Shown: one piece after another, positions 51,501-59,785 of the stretch
How the letters are laid out: each line of letters begins with the position of its first letter
Position numbering within the stretch: position 1 is the first letter of the stretch
Origin: a virus
IMG/VR virus record: IMGVR_UViG_3300046056_000003
Coordinates: 1-64,000 of that record
Length of the DNA stretch: 64,000 nt
Reading direction: 5' to 3' (one strand)
The notes under the pieces: generated by a model
What the model was told of the DNA's origin: nothing
The model's input: only the letters and a program-made list of their open reading frames with translations
The model's database searches: none
Position numbers and translations under genes: made by a program

Positions 51501-53668
51501 AACGCCTGACGTCCTGCGGGAGTGCCGTCCCTTTCAGGACTATCGGGATCGTCGAACCAGATGAGGTAGGTTTGGTCGACAGTCGGATCAAAACTGGGGT
51601 CGGAGAAGAGGATCTTCCCCTCTTTTCTAGACTTGTCCCAGTCGTAGAGTACCATCGGACAGGTGGTCCCATCCGGTTTCCGGATGCGAATGTCATCTCC
51701 GTTGTCTTTGACGTACTTCCAAAAAATTGCTTCGGCCAGCGTGGACAGGTCGTAACCTAAAAATCCCGGATATGCGCTCACCGTATTTGCCGGAAGGGTC
51801 ACGTCCACGCTTTGGTCCTGCGGCACATCCTCCGGAGTGACGCTGATTTCATTCGAGTAGTCCGATTCATTGGGCTCTGAGTCGTCGGTATTGGGCCCCT
51901 CGTCGTAGCTGGTGGCCACGTAAAAGTACTCGGTGTCCATCTCCGTGCCATCGTCTACCCACGTCTCCTCGTCGCTTTGGCTGGAAATCTGCTTAACGAG
52001 GGTATAGGGGCCGCCGCTGCTTTGGGACCTGTAGATGTTGTATCCCTCCAGGTCTGTGGTATCAGAGATTGTGACCGTAATCTCGACGTCGTTTTCCCCA
52101 AAGTACTTTTGCCCGCCGCTAATCGACGGGGTGGCCGGGGGCGTGCGGTCAGGAAAGGGTGTGGCCTCTGCCCGATCAGACTGCGAGGATTCATTGGGCA
52201 CCTCATCGAAGGACGTGACCTTGTAGTAGTAGGTCTGGTCAAACTCTACGTCGTTGTCTGTCCAGGAGGCCGATCCCGACGTGGTGTTGATCTGGTGAAC
52301 TTGGCTGTGAGCGCTGACCGTCCCATCCTCTTGCTCCTGGGCCCGGTAGATGTTGTACCCCTGAAGATCGTCGGTATCCCCAAGCGTGATCGATAGGTCG
52401 ACCTCCTCTTCGTCTTCGGTCACAGAAGCGCTTACCGAAGGAACCGCAGGGGGAGTCTCGTCTGCGGGAATCACGCTTTCGGTATTGGATGCTACGGATT
52501 CATTTTCGGCCTCATCAACTGCGGTGGCGTAGTAGTGATACTGGGTGCTGTTTTCGAGACCGGTGTCGGTGTAGCTAGTCCCTTCGAGCGTGGCAATGAT
52601 TGTCCAGGTGCTCCCTCCATCCTCTGATCGGTATAGGTTGTACTCCTGGACATCTCCGGATGAAGAGGCGTCCCAGGCAATGTCGGCCTCCATATTGCCG
52701 CTGCTAGTAGATAAATTGGTTGCCGGATTTGGAGCTGCGTCATCGGTAAAGGTGACGGCCAGCTCGTCGGATACCCCGGATTCGTTGCCACGAGCATCCA
52801 TAGCCGTGATCCGGTAATAGTAGGTCTCATCATGAAACACGGCTCGATCTTTCCAGTGGGGATTCTGCCACTCCTCATCGGTGGATCCAGGATTCAGTCC
52901 TCCATCTACGTCATCGGCGTACAGGTTGCCGGGACCCGGACTAAAACCCTGGGTTTTTGATCGGTAGACTCGGTAGCCAGTAACCCAGGTCTCGTCGTCG
53001 CTGGACTTGTCCCAGTCAATTCGAAGGCTCTCTCCTTCGTCTACGTCGGATGGCGTAAGATTCGAGGGTGCCGTAGGACCGTCTTGATCTTCGACATTCG
53101 AGATGGTGACAGTTTTTGAAACCGCGCATCCCCACTCATCTCGAACCTTGATCGTGTACTCTCCTTCGTCAAGCCCTTCCCACTTGAAGGTCCGCCCATC
53201 TTTCTCTATCCACTCCCCACCGTTGACCTTCACCTCCACCGGAGCATCGCTCATGGTGGAGACGGTCATTTCAATGAACCCGTCCTGGAGGTCGTAAAAC
53301 TCGTCCTCGTAGACAAACTGATCGATAGTCAAATCACAGGCGATCACTTCGATGACCCCGTGGACGATGCATCCGGTGTTATCGTTCTCTACGAACACGT
53401 CGTAGGTGCCCGGCTGGACCCCAACAAACTCATTGCTATCTTGCCACGTGCCTAGCCCTATCCGGTAGTTGAAGTCCGGATTTTCATCCCCGTCATCGAC
53501 GGCCTCGATGGTGATCGTCTGCGTAGGGCGGTCCAGATTGATTTCATCGATGTACAGTTGTGAACATCCGGCCTCCCATTCTTCCGCAGATGTCCCCTTC
53601 GACGGGTTTCCCCGTCGATATTGGTTCTCCTGCCGAACCAGAATCACTTTTTCAACGTGCTTCGGCAT
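48572..53668 (-). CDS. tail fibre / receptor-binding protein with SprB-like repeats, 4-5 fibronectin type III domains and a C-terminal lectin/LamG-like domain, 1698 aa
   Basis: SprB-like units: GTYDVFVENDNTGCIVHGVIEV, GEYTIKVRDEWGCAVSKTVTI and STYTVGVKDSSGAETSMEVTV. FN3-like units: GYRVYRS...YYYRITAMDARGNES, YNLYRSEDGGSTW..YHYYATAVDEAENES, YNIYRAQ..YYYKVTSFDEVPNES and YNIYRSQSSGGPY..YFYVATSYDEGPN. The C-terminus is ...WIYYEITFDWANGEYNYYMEDL...YTWWDNITIK. Confidence 0.7.
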   Translation of the reverse strand: MPKHVEKVILVRQENQYRRGNPSKGTSAEEWEAGCSQLYIDEINLDRPTQTITIEAVDDGDENPDFNYRIGLGTWQDSNEFVGVQPGTYDVFVENDNTGCIVHGVIEVIACDLTIDQFVYEDEFYDLQDGFIEMTVSTMSDAPVEVKVNGGEWIEKDGRTFKWEGLDEGEYTIKVRDEWGCAVSKTVTISNVEDQDGPTAPSNLTPSDVDEGESLRIDWDKSSDDETWVTGYRVYRSKTQGFSPGPGNLYADDVDGGLNPGSTDEEWQNPHWKDRAVFHDETYYYRITAMDARGNESGVSDELAVTFTDDAAPNPATNLSTSSGNMEADIAWDASSSGDVQEYNLYRSEDGGSTWTIIATLEGTSYTDTGLENSTQYHYYATAVDEAENESVASNTESVIPADETPPAVPSVSASVTEDEEEVDLSITLGDTDDLQGYNIYRAQEQEDGTVSAHSQVHQINTTSGSASWTDNDVEFDQTYYYKVTSFDEVPNESSQSDRAEATPFPDRTPPATPSISGGQKYFGENDVEITVTISDTTDLEGYNIYRSQSSGGPYTLVKQISSQSDEETWVDDGTEMDTEYFYVATSYDEGPNTDDSEPNESDYSNEISVTPEDVPQDQSVDVTLPANTVSAYPGFLGYDLSTLAEAIFWKYVKDNGDDIRIRKPDGTTCPMVLYDWDKSRKEGKILFSDPSFDPTVDQTYLIWFDDPDSPERDGTPAGRQAFADDFYAEIPDVQFLMLPGELDDNRVSDQSGVTINYIHDHLPEGWQKSTFAGTSNEGSVTHNGGQSYTFECGGDDIYDNTSHGEFLFKPVVGDCKITCKIILQENTNQYAKFGPYITSDVYERAPCALNIVVPNNGIRGTVRKSYNGNNNHDGGSLGTDVSPQFTSENPVWLQLERKNREIIYRYSTDGTNYTEMGRVSDFLPERIAAGLAGTSHDTGQLCTVEAREVAVEGNGGAFMMGDDQTLALDGVHFDPANSDTIEKMRTTLLIDTRVVRDNAGEGMVLSFDRNEYFRLSAPDYRKNRIGFDSHHNGSQYDSDNMTNYNFDEITEGLIQFLFQKRGSSDYQKEKWLNTDRQDYQTMSDPMIGDDKRYGLIGANSESAAFMDEAWSDKGPHHIFKFFWWALSNQSEDERQSEEHFLWRASTLWDFPIIYIFVSAMREQMEFQQLLGKTIQRDPHLIDFERQLEFKALLARAMERDPNVINPGASYDFIELLGNEMQRNPHLIDISIVPYVSPPTPEAEAGLSAVQEATVEYLLSTLEGVDTVEFLRTTGGPDGSYSNVKSLSVTSKSGSWADTGLDAFTTYYYALKSANSNGEESLGRSKERGVRTGSGNAVNLRAITAQNTDANGYEIIVDSQSDNGGLEYNLDGGTWQSSNTFSVEEGSTYTVGVKDSSGAETSMEVTVPTLAVGESEALFENKLPIAPATQAKDFDGSAGEATFGVKTTEIDIEALEVHRKADGDTSYSLIEKITYPLLPTDYTDNNYDESKGHVYKARVTDVAGQTGPFSDVIKPSFFEDFEGDLSEWTVNYSPFEIKTDRVYEGSQAAGADSYSSLPSSGLAIERQMGSHLQQPSKASWYWNEDGTQYGSAFHFINSNGNLEVALGTQNPQWQAWDGTGMNDEIWGANGYDRWIYYEITFDWANGEYNYYMEDLQTGDTRSGTRQLKHGVDVAKIGLGERVGETSRHYTWWDNITIK

Positions 53669-54204
53669 TACTCAAGCGATCCTTCGACCAGAAGGTACGC
53701 CGTTGTGAGAAGGGTAGCGACGTTTCCGTTGGCCAGGTCGTTTCCATCGGTGTTTTCGAGAAGGACGAAGGTCTTCACCAGTTGTCCTTCCGAAAGAGAG
53801 AGATCGACAATGTAGGCATACTGGACGGGGGACAGGCTGTGGCTTTCTCCCTGCGTATCATCGGGGGAGAGAAGCGTCTTGTCGTCGGCTTTCCGAATGG
53901 TCAAGTTGAATCCAGTGAAGTCCCGCCCCTCTTCCAGGTCAATCCGTATGGAAAAGTCTTCCCCTCTGTAGACTCGAAAAACCAGTGGGTGCTCGTCGTA
54001 GTAGGCCACCGCTTCAAGAAGATCCTCGGTCCATTGAAGCTGGGTGTCCGAAGAGCTTTCGTCCAGCTTCTTGAAGGCGTTCTGGATGTCTGCCTGAAGA
54101 TTAGGCTTTGCATCCTGGACGTTTTCGCTCACGAGAAGCGTGAGGACCTCATGGGGGTTGTCAAACAGGTCCAGCTTGTCGTAAACAGAATTGACAATGT
54201 TCAT
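53668..54204 (-). CDS. hypothetical structural protein, 178 aa
   Basis: ATG start, with a 1-nt overlap with the fibre gene start. Confidence 0.6.
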   Translation of the reverse strand: MNIVNSVYDKLDLFDNPHEVLTLLVSENVQDAKPNLQADIQNAFKKLDESSSDTQLQWTEDLLEAVAYYDEHPLVFRVYRGEDFSIRIDLEEGRDFTGFNLTIRKADDKTLLSPDDTQGESHSLSPVQYAYIVDLSLSEGQLVKTFVLLENTDGNDLANGNVATLLTTAYLLVEGSLE

Positions 54205-54209
54205 GAAAG

Positions 54210-54443
54210 CTAGTTATCTGCTAATTCGAGAGGATTGTTTTTGGAAAGCTCCCAACTAGACTTGATGAACGAGGTCACGTCTTCAGCGTCGAGGAGGGTC
54301 CACTTGTCTTTGGTATAGATCTCCCCCTCTTCGTTCTTGACGAACAGCTTGATGATGTAGTCCGAGTCTGTGTTTTCGACCGGACAACACTCCAAGACCT
54401 TTTTCTCGTCATCTGCGATAAGGCAAAAACAGTCCGAAGCCAT
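54210..54443 (-). CDS. hypothetical small protein, 77 aa (start trimmed to ATG 54443)
   Basis: The internal Met (MASDCF...) gives a TAATG overlap with the upstream stop, matching the coupling pattern of the operon. Confidence 0.5.
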   Translation of the reverse strand: MASDCFCLIADDEKKVLECCPVENTDSDYIIKLFVKNEEGEIYTKDKWTLLDAEDVTSFIKSSWELSKNNPLELADN

Positions 54444-55234
54444 TAGCTCACGTGATCTTGGCCGTAGGCGCCACCTCCCTTTCTGGTACCCGTCGATCCT
54501 TTCCATCGGTTGTTGACAAACCGCACCCAGCTCCGCATGAAGTGGTCATATTCATCGGGATCGGGCATCTTGGACTTCCGTCGCGCTTTAGCTGCATAGT
54601 CTTTCCACTGCTGACGGGCCGCCTTAAAGCCAAACTCCGGGTGGTTGTAGCCCCGAAGAATGAGCTTCATCACGATCCTCCAGAAGAGGGCTTCCTTGAC
54701 CCTTGCATCATCGGGAACGAGGGGATACCCTTTTTCATCGGTGGCAAACCCCTTGTACGCCAGGATCACCAGTCCCCTCTCGAAAGAGGTGTGGATGGTG
54801 CCGGGATTCAGTTCGTAGGATTCAGCAACCGTCTGGTGGGCCCGGTCAGTTTCTTTCTTTCCAATACCGTCCTGAAGCGGCGATGCTCGCTCCTGCGTAA
54901 GCTGTGTGTTGCCTTTTCGGGGGACCCGGTACTTTGGGGTATCCTGGGCCTCCTTCTCGTTATAGACGAGCGTAGAGCCGCTGTAGTGAAAGTCCACGTC
55001 CCGAAAAAGGAAGAGCCCTTCGAGAAGCGCCATGTCAGAGGGTAGGGCCAGCTTGTGGCTTTCTACGGCGTGAACTTCTTGCCGCTTCTCGGTGGGCATC
55101 GTCCCACCCATAAGGTCGAGGCCGTGGCCAATCCACTCGATAGCGTCGACCTCCCAGTTGGTATCGTCAATCTGTAGGTCCCTGTACACCCGGCTGATGG
55201 TCTCCTGGGCACTGACGGTATTGTAGATGGACAT
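54443..55234 (-). CDS. hypothetical structural protein, 263 aa
   Basis: ATG start, coupled at both ends. Confidence 0.6.
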   Translation of the reverse strand: MSIYNTVSAQETISRVYRDLQIDDTNWEVDAIEWIGHGLDLMGGTMPTEKRQEVHAVESHKLALPSDMALLEGLFLFRDVDFHYSGSTLVYNEKEAQDTPKYRVPRKGNTQLTQERASPLQDGIGKKETDRAHQTVAESYELNPGTIHTSFERGLVILAYKGFATDEKGYPLVPDDARVKEALFWRIVMKLILRGYNHPEFGFKAARQQWKDYAAKARRKSKMPDPDEYDHFMRSWVRFVNNRWKGSTGTRKGGGAYGQDHVS

Positions 55235-55365
55235 TAAGAGACGTGGATGTGCGTGAACAGCCAGATGATAATTTCAACGAGCTTCCAAATCCCGAGTGGG
55301 GCAAGAATGAAAAAGGCCACAAAGAAATACTGGAGGCCCTCCATGAATCCTCTGGTCGGCATCAT
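55234..55365 (-). CDS. 43-aa hydrophobic micro-protein (MMPTRGFMEGLQYFFVAFFILAPLGIWKLVEIIIWLFTHIHVS)
   Basis: Found by hand. The ATG lies 4 nt after the upstream stop and the TAA overlaps the next ATG (TAATG). It has one clear transmembrane span. Confidence 0.45.
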   Translation of the reverse strand: MMPTRGFMEGLQYFFVAFFILAPLGIWKLVEIIIWLFTHIHVS

Positions 55366-55369
55366 AGCG

Positions 55370-55864
55370 TTAGTCGTTGCTGATGAGCTTGAAGTCGAGG
55401 TGAGCAAGATCCTCCTCGCGGAGGCGCTTCTTCAACTTGGTCTTATTGCCCTTGTCCCCCCGTGTGGCCCGAAATGCATAGGCGCTCTTGTTCGGTACTC
55501 GGCACCGGGACTTTTGCCAGTAGAAGCGGGCATACCAGTCGTCGGTGTGGTATATGAAATACTTAATTCCTTCGGGATTGTCCTTCGAGTACAAGTCTTC
55601 CTCGTCGTACCCCTCCTCGTTTAGAAGCCGCTCTTTGTTTTCCATCGTCGATTTCCAATCGACTGCGGGATTGGAGTAGTCCCGCTCTATCCGGACAATG
55701 GATAGGGTGGCGAGTCCGAATCCCAGAGGGAGCGCTTCTCCCTGTAGAACTTGGTTCATCGCCTTCATATTGTACTTCTCACAAATGTCCCGAAAGAGGT
55801 CGTAGGGAATGTCCCCTCCGTCCTCCTTGTAGGCCTGGTGCATATTCGGTACCGTATGGGCCAT
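55370..55864 (-). CDS. hypothetical protein, possibly HU/IHF-like DNA-binding fold
   Basis: LQGEALPLGFGLATLSIVRIERDYSNP resembles the G..v.L.gfG.f.v..r arm region of HU/IHF. This is a weak pattern-level call. Confidence 0.5.
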   Translation of the reverse strand: MAHTVPNMHQAYKEDGGDIPYDLFRDICEKYNMKAMNQVLQGEALPLGFGLATLSIVRIERDYSNPAVDWKSTMENKERLLNEEGYDEEDLYSKDNPEGIKYFIYHTDDWYARFYWQKSRCRVPNKSAYAFRATRGDKGNKTKLKKRLREEDLAHLDFKLISND

Positions 55865-55879
55865 GGGCTCTCCGTCTGT

Positions 55880-56644
55880 TTATTGAGCGGCCTCGTTGTC
55901 TGCTGGCTCGCTATTGACAGGGAGATGGTCACTTTCGGTATCGAATGGGGCTTTCCGGAGCACTCGTCCTTCGCCCCTCAAGATGGACTGCGTGATGCGC
56001 TGAACAAGGTCCTCCGGCGTGGCCGGATACTCTTCGTCCGGGTTATAGGGACGATCCTCCCGAAACTGGTAAACGACGATGGGATTGCTAAATATACCCT
56101 CCACTCGAACGGTGGTAATGCCGTCGTCTAGGTCCTCGGTGGTCGTTTCTTCAAAGTCTTTGCTCCCGTCCTCCAGGTCGTTGATGAGCTGGGCCACCTC
56201 GTCGGACGTGATGTACAGGTGGTCATCTTGGACGAAAGAACGAGGGACATCGGCAGTATACTTGTTGTACTGCTGATAGCGTGCTGTAGCTGGCTGAGTG
56301 ACGCTGTACGCCTCTTGAAGGTCGGGGGAGGTGACACTGGTCAACGGGCGGCGCTTCCGCAAATGAATGCGCTGAGGAAGCTCCCTGTTGGATCGTAGAA
56401 TTGCGTGGGGCCGCTCCCTGTATTTGCCCACGTCCTGATGGACGACAGACATCGAGAGAAGCCCCAGGGACTGCTCGTACTCCTTGGACCGCTTGTAGAA
56501 TCCAGTGTCCCGGCGAATGAGAAGCTCCCGGTAGTACCGCACGGCGAAGGCCACCTGACGAGGACTGATGGGATTGTCCGTCGTGGAGGCCCCGCCGGAG
56601 AGGGTGTTTCTGATGTTGTGCGTGATCTCGTTAAGAGACGCCAT
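55880..56644 (-). CDS. hypothetical structural protein, 254 aa
   Basis: ATG start, with a 14-nt overlap with the upstream gene. Confidence 0.6.
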   Translation of the reverse strand: MASLNEITHNIRNTLSGGASTTDNPISPRQVAFAVRYYRELLIRRDTGFYKRSKEYEQSLGLLSMSVVHQDVGKYRERPHAILRSNRELPQRIHLRKRRPLTSVTSPDLQEAYSVTQPATARYQQYNKYTADVPRSFVQDDHLYITSDEVAQLINDLEDGSKDFEETTTEDLDDGITTVRVEGIFSNPIVVYQFREDRPYNPDEEYPATPEDLVQRITQSILRGEGRVLRKAPFDTESDHLPVNSEPADNEAAQ

Positions 56645-57140
56645 GCAGGATCAGGGAGTAGGGCTTTGAGCCCGAGGGATTATCAATAGGTATGGCCCTG
56701 CACGTATTATCGCGCCTACTGTTTCCCTTACAAAGAGCCTTGAAAGTAAACTCTGTCTCGTTTCCCTTGAGTACCTCGTTGTGGTTCTCTTTGATCTTTT
56801 GAAGCTCTCTTGGGCGTACGTCCTCGTAGGAGCATTTTCCAATCATCTCCCTCAAACTGCGCCCCTTCCAGTCCAGGTATTCTTCTGAGGCGGCAACCAA
56901 ATGGCCTTTCCCATCATGAAGGCTACGCTTCCCAGAGAGTTTAGGGTCTTGAGGATTGGTCAGAATCCAGCTATGACTCTTTAATTCGAGGGGAAAGGGG
57001 CGGACGCCCTCTCCCAGTATGCTTTCTGCCGTTTCTAGGGTTTGGTCGAAGCTGGACCGAAGCATCGAGCTTTTCGTCTTCAGCCCAACAATTTTTCCTT
57101 TTCGATTATCGACAATCTCAAACAGGGGACAGTCATGCAT
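56631..57140 (-). CDS. PAS-like domain protein, 169 aa
   Basis: EEYLDWKGRSLREMIGKCSYEDVRPRELQKIKENHNEVLKGNETEFTFKALCKGNSRRDNTCRAIPIDNPSGSKPYSLILH follows the PAS layout (..w.G.s.eEliGk....d...p......e.l.G...f......G......pi.d..g...). Confidence 0.5.
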   Translation of the reverse strand: MHDCPLFEIVDNRKGKIVGLKTKSSMLRSSFDQTLETAESILGEGVRPFPLELKSHSWILTNPQDPKLSGKRSLHDGKGHLVAASEEYLDWKGRSLREMIGKCSYEDVRPRELQKIKENHNEVLKGNETEFTFKALCKGNSRRDNTCRAIPIDNPSGSKPYSLILHGVS

Positions 57141-57296
57141 AAGTACTGCAAGGTGGGTGGTGGTGAAAGACCTGTGACGAAGCGCTTTTAATGTAACGGC
57201 CCCGTTTTTTGGTTTAAAGCCTGTAGTGTGAAGAAAGATTGCCTTTGGTCATCCGTTAGTCACACCGACAGGGGATTCCCCAATCCAAAAGAGACG

Positions 57297-58604
57297 CTAC
57301 CACCACGTCTTCTCCTTGTGCCAGCGGCGTTTGCCACTGGGCGAAAACACATCGAGCTGCGCGGTCTTTGGCACCCCGGTAAATCCGTTGTCGAACTCGT
57401 ACTTGTTTTGCGGCCCCACTGACCGGAGGAAGTTTACCTCACACCCAACAGAGTCGACCGTGTGGAGGATTTTGTACTTCTTCTTGTGATGAATATCGCC
57501 GAGAAACATCACTCGGAAATCGGCCTCCGACCACCGCTCTTCGGCTTCGGTGGCCATGTTCAAGGGCAGCCGCTCAACGCGCTTCTGACTTTTGGTCTCG
57601 TTGCCGTGGCTGTAGCCAAGCAGGACGTCTCCTTCAAGGCGATACTTTCTCTTCAGACGCCTATGGTCTACGGACACGTCATCGGCATTCCGGTAGACAT
57701 GGCGAAGAACTTCCCCGAGGTAGAAGGTTTTGTCGGGCGCGTGATTTCCCGGCACCATGATTACCTCCAGCTCGTTGAGAATCTGCCGGGCAGCGTCAAT
57801 GCAGCGCCGAACCATGTCCAGCCCCGCCGAGAATGCCGTGTGCCAGTCGATATTGACCTTCTGCGGGGTCCCGTTCTTCGTCATCATCAGGTCCCCGTTG
57901 GTATTGAAGAGGTCGTGGCCTAGTGGAAAATGAGCCTTGGTGACGTTGTTCTCTTCCAGGATGTGGAGAAACTCGATGAAGGACTCCTCGAAGTTTCGAA
58001 TGTTGTCTTGCATGGTCGCGTCACTGGCCTCCGCTGTTTCGGTGGCTAAGGCCAGCTTGTCAATGTGGGCGTCATACAAGTTGATGATGCCCAAATTCCC
58101 CCGGTCCTGGAGGTTTACATTGGCCGATCCCGTTACCGTAGGCGGCGTGTAGTTCTCGAAGTGATCTTCTAGTAGGTCAAGGAGCGCCTGTTGGCTCTTC
58201 CCTTCTTCCTCGTTGTACTTCTGAACGATCGAGAAGCGGTGCTCCCCCGACATCGTCTGCCAGTACTTCACGCTGTCTACCTCCTCTTCGGTAAGCCCGA
58301 GACTCTCTAAGTGCTCCTGGTAGGCGTCTTCGGCGGTCGGCGGAATGTCGTCGTCCCTGGTGCTGCTGGTGGACTTTGATTCGTTCTCCGTGGACTCTTC
58401 TTCGGTCTCTGTGTGGTCATCGGCGGCTTGGTTCCCACCATATCGGTATTGCTCTTCCCGCCTCAAGATCTTCTTGGCCGTCTCCTTTGCCTCTCGTGCT
58501 TCACCGAGGCCGATGCCCAGCCTGTCTGCTACTTTTTCATCACCGCATTTCAGGTAGCTCTGTTTGTCAAGGAGAAACTCGATAGGGTCGACGTTGGAGG
58601 CCAT
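57297..58604 (-). CDS. calcineurin-like metallophosphoesterase with acidic N-terminal extension, 435 aa
   Basis: Ordered motifs are IINLYDAHID (D.H), VIMVPGNHAPD (GNH), LLGYSHGNE and FLGDIHH. The N-terminus (DEKVADRLGIGLGEAREAKE) is HTH-like. The ATG abuts a leader motif copy. Confidence 0.6.
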   Translation of the reverse strand: MASNVDPIEFLLDKQSYLKCGDEKVADRLGIGLGEAREAKETAKKILRREEQYRYGGNQAADDHTETEEESTENESKSTSSTRDDDIPPTAEDAYQEHLESLGLTEEEVDSVKYWQTMSGEHRFSIVQKYNEEEGKSQQALLDLLEDHFENYTPPTVTGSANVNLQDRGNLGIINLYDAHIDKLALATETAEASDATMQDNIRNFEESFIEFLHILEENNVTKAHFPLGHDLFNTNGDLMMTKNGTPQKVNIDWHTAFSAGLDMVRRCIDAARQILNELEVIMVPGNHAPDKTFYLGEVLRHVYRNADDVSVDHRRLKRKYRLEGDVLLGYSHGNETKSQKRVERLPLNMATEAEERWSEADFRVMFLGDIHHKKKYKILHTVDSVGCEVNFLRSVGPQNKYEFDNGFTGVPKTAQLDVFSPSGKRRWHKEKTWW

Positions 58605-58629
58605 TGCTGGTTAGCTGTTGGTTAAAGGG
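58605..58629 (-). promoter_or_regulatory. conserved leader motif copy (minus strand CCCTTTAACCAACAGCTAACCAGCA-ATG)
   Basis: It spans the stop codon of the upstream gene (TAA within CCCTTTAA) and runs up to the ATG at 58604. Confidence 0.45.
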
Positions 58630-59281
58630 AAAAAAGAGGCCTCAACAGCGTGACCTGATGCTTCATCACGAAGGGGTTCACCTGATAGACGACACTGAAC
58701 TTCCCCGGAAATCGGACTCCCCCTCCCACATATGCGTCGAGGTAGGCGGCGTTGGCGGCCACGCTTCCAGCCCCCAAGACTTCCAATCGGGGGCGCTGTA
58801 TGCGCGTGGTCCGTCGAGAAATCCGGTGGGTCACTGTTCTATCAATGGTCCACTTCTGGACGCTCAGATCAACGGTCTGTTGAAGTAGCTCGCCCTGCAC
58901 CACGGAGGTTATGGTTCCGTTGATGCGGGGCTGAGTGATGGTCCTGTTGTATGAGAGCAGGGGCTGTGTTTTTGACACATACACCGTGTCGTGCTTCACA
59001 GAATCCCTCATCGTCGGCTTCATGCCCGCCAACGTGGTCGGGCACGTAAAGACTGTATCCGTCGTGGCTTCCTGGAGGGTGTCAGAGGGTTGAGCGCCGG
59101 ACAGAAACCACTGTATATCCGTCAGGCTTTTGGTAGTGTCGGCGGATACAGACCGCGTAGAATCTACTGTCGTCTGGACTTCACCTGTAAAGGGGGAGGT
59201 AAAGAACAGCGCGGCGGAAAGAATGAGGATCAGGACTGTCTGTGCGCCTGCAATTCGCAAAAGCCATTTCGAGCTAATCAT
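58622..59281 (-). CDS. membrane-anchored or secreted protein, 219 aa
   Basis: The N-terminal hydrophobic span is LLRIAGAQTVLILILSAALFFTS. ATG start, overlapping the upstream stop by 8 nt. Confidence 0.6.
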   Translation of the reverse strand: MISSKWLLRIAGAQTVLILILSAALFFTSPFTGEVQTTVDSTRSVSADTTKSLTDIQWFLSGAQPSDTLQEATTDTVFTCPTTLAGMKPTMRDSVKHDTVYVSKTQPLLSYNRTITQPRINGTITSVVQGELLQQTVDLSVQKWTIDRTVTHRISRRTTRIQRPRLEVLGAGSVAANAAYLDAYVGGGVRFPGKFSVVYQVNPFVMKHQVTLLRPLFSL

Positions 59282-59783
59282 TGTAGACGTATTTGGTCAC
59301 AAAGCTGGTCTTTTCGACGGCCTGTATCCAGTGGCGCTCTCCGCGAGACACCAGATACCAGCCCTCGACCTTGGTCTCCGGGATCATGGCGGTCTTCTCT
59401 TCGACTTTCTCCGGGGGGACTAAAATATCCCCGTCGTAGCTCCCCTCCGTCCAGTTGATGAGCTTGCCGGTGATCGGGTAGATAAGCTGATCAAACGACG
59501 GATGGGCGTGTTTTTGGATGGCTGCTCCCTGCTCCATGTCACACCGGGCCACGAAGAGGCACCCGGAGGGGTGGGCATCGAAGTTGCTCCACGCCACCGT
59601 TCCAATGGTGAGGTTCTTGGCTTGCTTCAAGAACTCCCTTGGAAAGTTTTTGCCGAGAGGAAGATGGGTCTCGGGGCTTTCTTCTTTCCGAAGTTTCTCC
59701 TTGAGCCCTTTCATTTTTTCGTCCACTTCGGACTCCAGATGTTTTGTATCCTCTCGGAATGACTGAAAAAATAGGCCGAACAT
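59274..59783 (-). CDS. cupin-domain protein, 169 aa (start trimmed to MFGLFF)
   Basis: Cupin motif 1 is GAAIQKHAHPSFDQLIYPITG (G.5-H.H-3-D-7-G). The motif 2-like segment is GWYLVSRGERHWIQ. The longer ORF-track start would overlap the upstream gene by 190 nt. Confidence 0.55.
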   Translation of the reverse strand: MFGLFFQSFREDTKHLESEVDEKMKGLKEKLRKEESPETHLPLGKNFPREFLKQAKNLTIGTVAWSNFDAHPSGCLFVARCDMEQGAAIQKHAHPSFDQLIYPITGKLINWTEGSYDGDILVPPEKVEEKTAMIPETKVEGWYLVSRGERHWIQAVEKTSFVTKYVYND

Positions 59784-59785
59784 GG

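Noticed and set aside
55247-55624. A 125-aa + strand ORF across the 55234-55370 gap.
   Set aside because: It is mostly antisense to the 164-aa gene. The hydrophobic stretch reflects the complement of the minus-strand micro-ORF and the neighbouring gene.
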